Shown here: in pieces, positions 57,754 to 64,000 of the stretch
Numbering within the stretch: position 1 is the stretch's first letter
Layout: each line of letters starts with the position of its first letter
Origin: Nitrospinales bacterium
GTDB lineage: Bacteria; Nitrospinota; Nitrospinia; Nitrospinales; VA-1
Length of the DNA: 64,000 bases
Assembly (NCBI GenBank): GCA_965223795.1
Contig: CBDCXL010000002.1
Coordinates: 1,152,001 to 1,216,000 of the forward strand
Reading direction: 5' to 3'
Notes under the pieces: model-generated
What the model was told of the DNA's origin: nothing
The model's database searches: none
The model's input: only the letters and a program-made list of their open reading frames with translations
Translations under genes and position numbers: made by a program

Positions 57754-58099
57754 TTCCCACTCCTTTCCCGTTGCAAGGCCCACCTGCAGAGCGGACCTTT
57801 TTTCGGATCGATAAATTGGACCTGAGCGTTGAGAATAAACCAATCCCGACAAAAAAAACAACGCCTACGAAATAAGCATAATAGTTTCAGATCGTTAATG
57901 ATAGCCTAAAATGGCAAGTGTTTTTCTTTGCCCTCTGCCCGGCTTCGCGAACGCGGCTTAGTCAAAGGTACGATTTTCCAATCCCGTTTCAGTTTTTTTG
58001 GGTTTTGCTAATTTCCTGGTGTAATCTGGATGGCAGGGATGAGGGGACGTCATCCGGCGATCGCGCGATCGCCGATTCAGCCATGAAGGGGAGTCCGCT

Positions 58100-58591
58100 A
58101 TGTGTGATTTTTTTGCAAGGATGTTTTTTCTTTCCGCTCTGATGGTTTCTTTGTCGTTCGCCAGCGTTCCCGCGTATGCGGATGCGACAGCGGACGCGAC
58201 GGGCGGCGAGCCGAAGCTCGAGGATCAGTTCAACGAGCTGACCGATGAATGGCAGCGGCGCATCGTGGACGCGCTGCGGCAGATTCTGGCGAAGGAATTG
58301 AACCGGTTGAAGGCGGATCAGGCCCTGCCGGCTGAATCGCTGCGCAGCCAGATTTCCGACCAGGAATCGGTATTGAAAAAACAGCCGGACAATCCCTCCA
58401 GCCATTTCACTCTGGGTTCCCTGTACAACGATCTCGGGGACGGGGCCAACGCCATCATCCACATGAGAAAAGCGGAGCGGTTTTACAAGGAGCAGAACGA
58501 CGTCAAGGGAGTGGCCGAGTCCCGGCGCAGCTTACGAAATTATTACGCCCGATTTGGCTACAAGCCTGAGGATTTTGATCTCAAGGAATGA
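58100..58591 (+). CDS. Exported TPR-like protein
   Basis: Signal peptide; PDNPSSHFTLGSLYNDLGDGANAIIHM. Confidence 0.75.
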   Translation: MCDFFARMFFLSALMVSLSFASVPAYADATADATGGEPKLEDQFNELTDEWQRRIVDALRQILAKELNRLKADQALPAESLRSQISDQESVLKKQPDNPSSHFTLGSLYNDLGDGANAIIHMRKAERFYKEQNDVKGVAESRRSLRNYYARFGYKPEDFDLKE

Positions 58592-58670
58592 CTCTTGAGC
58601 GCAGGGCGCCTTGCAGCGGCCGATACGCTGCGTGCCCGGACCGGTTCGCGTATTGTGACAAGGAGGCGGC

Positions 58671-59021
58671 ATGTCTTTGGGACTGGCCATATCCGGTTTG
58701 ACCCGGCGCGACAGCACGGAAAAGGTGTGGACACTGGAAACGGTTTCCTGGTGGGACGAGCGGGAATTGATTCAGGATTCCCGGTTTGAGAAACTGGATC
58801 TGGGTTCTGAAAAATGGGTGTACGAAGCGGTCCTCAAAACGGAGGAAGCGCTTGCGCTCAATGAAAAATACAAAAAGGAATTTCTCGGCACGTTCGACGG
58901 CGACGCGCTGGCGAAAAACTACCAGGACCGCAGAAAGCAGCAGGTGGAAGAGCTGGAACGCAGTCTCAAGGACCCGCGCACGCCCTACGTCAGCCTGTGG
59001 GTGTTCGAGTGGGATTACTGA
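58671..59021 (+). CDS. Hypothetical protein
   Basis: 116 aa, strong AAGGAGG RBS, followed by a terminator. Confidence 0.75.
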   Translation: MSLGLAISGLTRRDSTEKVWTLETVSWWDERELIQDSRFEKLDLGSEKWVYEAVLKTEEALALNEKYKKEFLGTFDGDALAKNYQDRRKQQVEELERSLKDPRTPYVSLWVFEWDY

Positions 59022-59037
59022 TTCATTCCACGCAATA

Positions 59038-59082
59038 AAACGAAAACGCCCTTCCCGTTTGACGGGAAGGGCGTCTTCGTTT
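59038..59082. terminator. Bidirectional intrinsic terminator
   Basis: AAACGAAAACGCCCTTCCCGT-TTG-ACGGGAAGGGCGTCTTCGTTT. Confidence 0.82.
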
Positions 59083-59110
59083 CGAAGCGGTTTGCGTTGT
59101 CGCTTAAGCG

Positions 59111-60943
59111 CTAAACCGATTTTCCGTACTTTTTACGGTGCTCTTTCCTGGCGCCGCCGATCCAGTTGTCCCGCTCGATGCGGCCCGGAAACGTCTGGAT
59201 GGCTTCGGCCACGCGGGCGATGTCTTTCTTGTTGAACTTTGCGATCTGCTGATAGGTTCTGATCCCCAGCTTGTTGAGGGTTTTTTCAAGAACCGGACCG
59301 ATCCCGGAAATTTTCTTGAGATCGTCTTTCGCTTTGGGGGGATCGAACAGGGTCTTCTTTTTGCCTTTCGCAGCCGGGCGGGGTTTCGCAGGAGCCGTGT
59401 TTTTGGCCTTTTCGGGCCTGGTTTCGGGCTTCGCTTCCGGCTTGGCGGCGGGCTGAGGGACGGTCTTGATCCTGGCTTCCTCCGCCTTCGCGAGTTTGGC
59501 TTCCAGCTCCTGCACGCGTTTGAGCATGCGGCTCATTTCGCTGTCTTTTTTCTCAAGCGCCGCGCTGTGTGCGGTTTCCAGCCTGCGGTTTTCCGCTTCG
59601 GCGCGCTTGAGCCGGTCCTGAATCAACTCCTGACCGGTGATCTGGCGCTTGATCTTCTTGATCTCCGCCTGGTGCTCGCCGCGCACGGATTTCAGCTCCC
59701 TTTCGAGCCGGGCGATGGTGACCTCGCGTTCGCCGACGACGCCCTGCAGGGACTCGAGCTGCGAGACCTTGCGTTCGAGTTTCTGGACCTCGTTATTTTT
59801 TTGGCCCGTTGCGGTCTTGATTTCCTTTTCCAGGCGAGCCAGGGTCGCGTCGCGTTGCTTGATCTCTTTTTTCAGGGCCTCCAGTTCCCGGTTTCCGGTC
59901 TTGGCCGCCTCGTTCTTTTTCTCCTGTTTCTGTTCCAGCTCCTGGATGCGGCGCTCAAACTCACTGCGTTCGTTCTCCCGGGCGGTCTCCAGGTTGACGA
60001 TCTGGTCCGTCAGATCCTGCTGCGTCTGTTCGTGCTCGCGCAGCGCTTCGAGCGACGATTCCAGCTCGCGGACGTTTTTTTTCAGGCTGAATATCTGCTC
60101 GTCCTTTTCCAGAACCACCGACTGCAACGCGCCCTCGAGCCGGTCGCGCGCCATTTTTTCATCCTTCAGCTTGCTCTGCAACGGTTCCAGGCGGGTGACG
60201 GTTTCCTTGAGAGTCTCAACTTCGTTTTCTTTCTCCTCCCGGAAGCTGTGGAACTGTTCCTCCAGGCTGGCGAGCGCGGTCTCTTTTTCCTGCACAGCGG
60301 CTTCTAACGGCTCCAGCTCGCGGATCCGGGCCTGAAACGTTTCGAGCTGTTTTTTGCGTGAGGTGGTCTGCTGGCGCAGCTGCGATTCCAGACTTTGCAC
60401 CGCGGCTTCGCGCTCTTTGACTTGCTCGCGCAGATTGGTCAGTTCCCCGACCTTGCCTTCCAGCCGTGAAATCTCATCCCCTTTCTGCACGATCACCGTC
60501 TGCAGCTCTCCCTCAAGCTGTTCGCGCACCGAGGTCAACTCCTTCAATTTCCCCTGCAAGGGTTCCAGGCGCGTGATGGCGTCCTTGAGGCCGCTGACCT
60601 CCATTTCCTTTTCACCGCGGAAAATGTCGAGCTGGTTTTCCAGGCGCGAGATTGTGGCATTTTTTTCCTGCAAGGTTTCCTGGAGCGGTTCGAGTTCCTC
60701 GATGTGGGTGCGCAGGGTCTTGATCTCCGCGTCTTTCTCGGCCCGAAGATCGCTCAGCAGACCTTCCAGGAGCTTGGACTTTTTCTTGGCCAGGTCGAGA
60801 GAGTCCTCCCTCGCTTCGATATCCTTGCGAAGTTCATCTTCACGAGCGCCGATGTTCAACCCGCGGATCATCCAGGCGAGGGCCGCTCCGATGAGTCCGG
60901 CGGCGAACAGGCAAATGAGAATTTCTCCCAAAAGATAGGTCAT
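59111..60943 (-). CDS. Membrane-anchored long coiled-coil protein with C-terminal helix-hairpin-helix (COG3743-like) domain
   Basis: N-terminal TM; 42-aa coiled-coil repeats; DDLKKISGIGPVLEKTLNKLGI..QIA..GRIERDNW. Confidence 0.8.
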   Translation of the reverse strand: MTYLLGEILICLFAAGLIGAALAWMIRGLNIGAREDELRKDIEAREDSLDLAKKKSKLLEGLLSDLRAEKDAEIKTLRTHIEELEPLQETLQEKNATISRLENQLDIFRGEKEMEVSGLKDAITRLEPLQGKLKELTSVREQLEGELQTVIVQKGDEISRLEGKVGELTNLREQVKEREAAVQSLESQLRQQTTSRKKQLETFQARIRELEPLEAAVQEKETALASLEEQFHSFREEKENEVETLKETVTRLEPLQSKLKDEKMARDRLEGALQSVVLEKDEQIFSLKKNVRELESSLEALREHEQTQQDLTDQIVNLETARENERSEFERRIQELEQKQEKKNEAAKTGNRELEALKKEIKQRDATLARLEKEIKTATGQKNNEVQKLERKVSQLESLQGVVGEREVTIARLERELKSVRGEHQAEIKKIKRQITGQELIQDRLKRAEAENRRLETAHSAALEKKDSEMSRMLKRVQELEAKLAKAEEARIKTVPQPAAKPEAKPETRPEKAKNTAPAKPRPAAKGKKKTLFDPPKAKDDLKKISGIGPVLEKTLNKLGIRTYQQIAKFNKKDIARVAEAIQTFPGRIERDNWIGGARKEHRKKYGKSV

Positions 60944-60959
60944 GGTTCCCCCTCCTTAA

Positions 60960-62003
60960 CTATTGGATAACTTTGAATTCGATGCGTCGATTCTTGGCTC
61001 TCCCTTCCGGGGTGTCGTTGTCCGCCAGAGCCACCGTTTCCCCGTACCCCTGGACTTCCAGGCGGTCGGGATCCACGCCGCGGGACACCAGATAACGGTG
61101 CACCGAGGAGGCGCGGTCGCGGCTCAGCTGCATGTTCAGCTGTTCGTCGCCCTGGGCGTCGGTGTGACCGCCGACCTCCACACGGACTCCGGGATACCGC
61201 TGCAATACATTGGCGACCACATCCAGGATCCGGCTGCCGGATTCCGTGAGCCTGGAACTTTGTGTTTGAAATTTGATCTCGGGAAGATCCAGCGACTGGA
61301 TCGATGCTTCGGCCTCTTCCCTCTGCGCCTGCTCGCCGGGCTCGACCAGAATCTGGTTGTCGACCGCCAGGTCGCCGCTGAGCTTTTGCGCCTGGATGCC
61401 GAGGTCGATGCGCCTTTTCTCGCTGTCCACTTTACCGGTGAGCAGGATGCCGGCTTCGCTGATTTCAATGGACAGGTTGTCCGCAGGATTCAAATGCGAC
61501 AAAAATTCGGGCAGCCCGTCGGTCCACTGCGGCTCGAGCGCCTTGGCGTTGATGCGCAGTTCATCGGAAAGCCGTTCCTGGCCGAACACCGCTTCGAGCG
61601 ACGCCACCACCCGGTCGAGCGACTGGAGATCGGGGAGCACGCCGTTTAAGGACACCTTGTCTGCTTCGACCGCCACTTTGAGGCTGGAGGGAACGCGCTC
61701 GAAAACGTGCAGCTGGTTGACCACACGCCGCACGCCCCAGATGCCTTCCGCGGCGGAAATCATCTTGGACTGGTCCCACGACGCGTCCATCTCTCCGGAA
61801 AAAATCACGTCGCGTCCGTCCACCCGCAGAAACACCCGGTTGGGATCGAATCCCACTCCGGTCAGGGCCGCGCTCACACGAGCGGTGAGATCCGCTTCGA
61901 TTTTAGGTCCGTGATACCACAGGCAGACAATGGGAAGGAGCGTTCCAAGGAGTGTCCAGAACCAGATCAACGATGAAGAACCCGAGGATTCGGCTGACCT
62001 CAT
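60960..62003 (-). CDS. BON-domain plus OmpA-C peptidoglycan-binding protein (ArfA/Rv0899-like architecture)
   Basis: N-terminal TM; VDGRDVIFSG..GVRRVVNQL BON-like units; GGHTDAQG..NMQLSRDRA..GYGE..NRRIEF. Confidence 0.88.
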   Translation of the reverse strand: MRSAESSGSSSLIWFWTLLGTLLPIVCLWYHGPKIEADLTARVSAALTGVGFDPNRVFLRVDGRDVIFSGEMDASWDQSKMISAAEGIWGVRRVVNQLHVFERVPSSLKVAVEADKVSLNGVLPDLQSLDRVVASLEAVFGQERLSDELRINAKALEPQWTDGLPEFLSHLNPADNLSIEISEAGILLTGKVDSEKRRIDLGIQAQKLSGDLAVDNQILVEPGEQAQREEAEASIQSLDLPEIKFQTQSSRLTESGSRILDVVANVLQRYPGVRVEVGGHTDAQGDEQLNMQLSRDRASSVHRYLVSRGVDPDRLEVQGYGETVALADNDTPEGRAKNRRIEFKVIQ

Positions 62004-62356
62004 TTCACCCTCCAAAAAGGTTTTCAATTCGATACAAGGCTGTACGGCATGAGCGTGAGCGGTGGATTTTTTGCCACTTCGGCGTCGATTTCGCCTTAAG
62101 CCTTATAGTTCAAATAGATGCAAGCGAGTCGCGAGAAGCGTGAGCGCGGGAGCCTCCTTAAAAATGGACCGGTGTTGGTGAATCCTTTTTAGGAGTTGGG
62201 GTTTGGGGTGTATCTATCAGGAGGTGTTTCTCAGTTTTTCTATGTAACTTTCAATTCCGGCGAAGGGAGCAATCTTCCGCCCGTGTCAGAAAATTTTTTA
62301 ATGACGGACGCTCCGGGCCCGTATCGAACTTAGAGCGGCACAATGTGCAGGGGGTT

Positions 62357-62557
62357 TTACTTAGGAATCACTTTGGTCGCCTGAGGCCCTTTCTGCCCCA
62401 TGCTTTTTTCGAATTCCACCGGCTGGCCTTCTCTCAGGGTTTTGAAACCTTCCACCTGAATTTCGGAGTAATGCACAAAGCAGTCCTCGCCTTCGTCGGA
62501 TTCGATGAAACCATATCCTTTACTCTCGTTAAACCATTTGACCTTTCCGTTCGTCAT
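62357..62557 (-). CDS. Cold-shock protein
   Basis: [35 protein letters not shown]. Confidence 0.97.
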   Translation of the reverse strand: MTNGKVKWFNESKGYGFIESDEGEDCFVHYSEIQVEGFKTLREGQPVEFEKSMGQKGPQATKVIPK

Positions 62558-62905
62558 TTCCCAACTCCTCCTCATAGATAAAAAATTAGGCCCCCAATAC
62601 TACCACGAAAAATAGACTTCGCTTAAGCTATATTTTAATTTTACTTAAATTTATTGCCACCCCTGTTGCGCCGTTCTGCTCCTGCTCGCTTCTTAAGTGT
62701 TGGGAAACACCTTTTTCTTATCGGAATCCTTTTAAAATCAATGAGCAAATTTTTTTCTTTTTTCGATCCGGCTTGCCAGCACATTTGATCACGCATTTGG
62801 ATCTTAAACCTTGACGTGAAAAAAATTCGAGGTCTTGAATTTTCAATTCCGGCATTCCCGTTTCGCGGTCGTTGTGTTTTGCATTATGCGGTTATCGAAA
62901 TTGAC

Positions 62906-63262
62906 TCAAAATTGATGCGGTTTGTTGGTCTTGGAGTCGCAGTTGCGCGTGCAGGCCCAGCGCTTCTCTCCGCAGCGGAACTTTTCCGACGCGCTGTCTC
63001 CGGCGCCGGACATGCAGGATTCGAACTGGCTGTCACACTTCATCAGGCAGGCTCGTTTGTCGAACTGGAGGAGAAATCCGGAATGCGCGTCCCTGCTCTG
63101 AAAGCCGATTTTTTCAAGCAGGCTCGAAGCCTGATCCTGTTTCTGGGCGCCGGCACTGGCCTGCGGCTTGGAGACCGGTTGGACCTCATCCGCGATTGCG
63201 ATGCCCGAAAAGAAAAAGATGACTATCAAAATCATAAACCCCCAAAAGCGTGTTGATTTCAT
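62906..63262 (-). CDS. Small secreted Cys-rich protein
   Basis: Signal peptide; C-x3-C-x6-C...C-x6-C-x3-C; AAGGAG RBS. Confidence 0.75.
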   Translation of the reverse strand: MKSTRFWGFMILIVIFFFSGIAIADEVQPVSKPQASAGAQKQDQASSLLEKIGFQSRDAHSGFLLQFDKRACLMKCDSQFESCMSGAGDSASEKFRCGEKRWACTRNCDSKTNKPHQF

Positions 63263-63967
63263 TTTTATTCTCCTTCAACGTCCACGATCGTTTTGAAATT
63301 TCCGCAATGAAAATCAAGACCTCGAACGCTTGTGTGCCTGAATGGATCGTGTGTCGTGGAATGCAACCAGTGTATGCAAACGGATCGGTTGAAAGAAAGC
63401 CATGCCGTTTAAGAGCAAACTCAATATCCCGTTCCGCTGCGCATTGACGACCGCAATCGCGTTCCCTCTGCCATCGCAACGACGCAAACAGATTGAAAGA
63501 AAAAGATTTGTTTTTTTCGCGCAAACGTGATGCCTTATAAGGGGGGTCGCATTGAAATCATAAACCGGGCAAACGACTGCATGAAGCACCGCCTTCAGCG
63601 CGGCGGGCGTGCCGGCTCGCACCGGACGGCGCTCTGCTGTGTTTGCACGCTGAGCCCTGTGCTGTCGGCGTTCACTCGCCGATGCCCCGAGGCGCATGCG
63701 GGCGAACGCCCATCGAAGGCCGGGCGGCGGCTCCGCGCGGGCGCGCTGTCCGGTTCGCCAGTTGGGGCGAGAAAACCTCTTGCCCCGGAATTAAAGGGGA
63801 AGGCAAGGCGGAGCCACAAAACTCACTCACCGAAACCATTTGCGCACGGGCTTCCGCATGCCGGTACGTGTGACCACAAGTTTGAATTGATTTGAAGGAA
63901 CCATTGAAAATTCAGACAAAATGTTGTATTTTTGGGTATTCCCAAAATGAAACCGAAAGGTTGAGCC

Positions 63968-64000
63968 ATGAAAAAATCCATTTTCGCCATTTTTGTCCTG
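63968..64000 (+). CDS. 5' end of a probable exported protein (truncated by window edge)
   Basis: ATG then MKKSIFAIFVL signal-like start, with AAAGG upstream. Confidence 0.4.
   Translation, partial: MKKSIFAIFVL

Noticed and set aside
61841..61861. TGGGATCGAATCCCACTCCGG resembles the tRNA-Leu 3' end (possible attR of an island)
   Set aside because: It has one mismatch plus one indel, lies inside the intact OmpA coding frame, no integrase is present, and the intervening genes are not island-like.
62051..62160. Two GCGTGAGC motifs 86 bp apart as a minus-strand copy of the array
   Set aside because: Only 8 nt match and the CTCC/GGAG hairpin is missing, so the evidence is too weak without an HMM score.

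Overview
64 kb of GC-rich bacterial chromosome. Gene content suggests a Nitrospina-like marine nitrite oxidiser, but this is inference only. Bases 1-26 kb are mostly housekeeping: rnhA, MltA, pcm, an M28 peptidase, two AsmA-like proteins, hflKC, trkAH, the Na+-translocating decarboxylase oadA-oadB-oadG, rlmB, rpsU and acyP. Bases 26.3-34.2 kb form a visibly more AT-rich signalling cassette: MHYT-PAS hybrid kinase, TonB-dependent receptor, YfiR, periplasmic-sensor/HAMP hybrid kinase and an output-less response regulator; the two kinases share a ~1.08-kb near-identical segment. Bases 36-42 kb hold a periplasmic redox locus: thioredoxin-NHL protein, DUF1566 protein, a His/Met-rich dihaem cytochrome c fused to an EbdC-type haem b domain, a CxxCH+HExxH protein with a probable ATT start, and an orphan nuoB. 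Bases 42-64 kb contain tRNA-Leu(TAA), photolyase, selO, msrA, a J-MORN protein, a GIY-YIG nuclease, LRR/TPR/ankyrin proteins, an HtrA-like protease, a BON-OmpA plus 42-aa-repeat coiled-coil/HhH gene pair, and a cold-shock gene. The most striking unexplained structure is a family of same-strand intergenic mini-arrays of a ~32-bp hairpin repeat (consensus CTCCTGCGCGGAGGGCGnnTTGCTCACGCCG) spaced ~78-79 bp apart. They lie at 43.4, 44.7, 49.6 and 51.1 kb, with a related array at 37.9 kb and decayed solo copies. Three start exactly at a gene or tRNA 3' end, all decay distally, and one precedes the GIY-YIG nuclease. No cas genes, integrases or transposases were seen.
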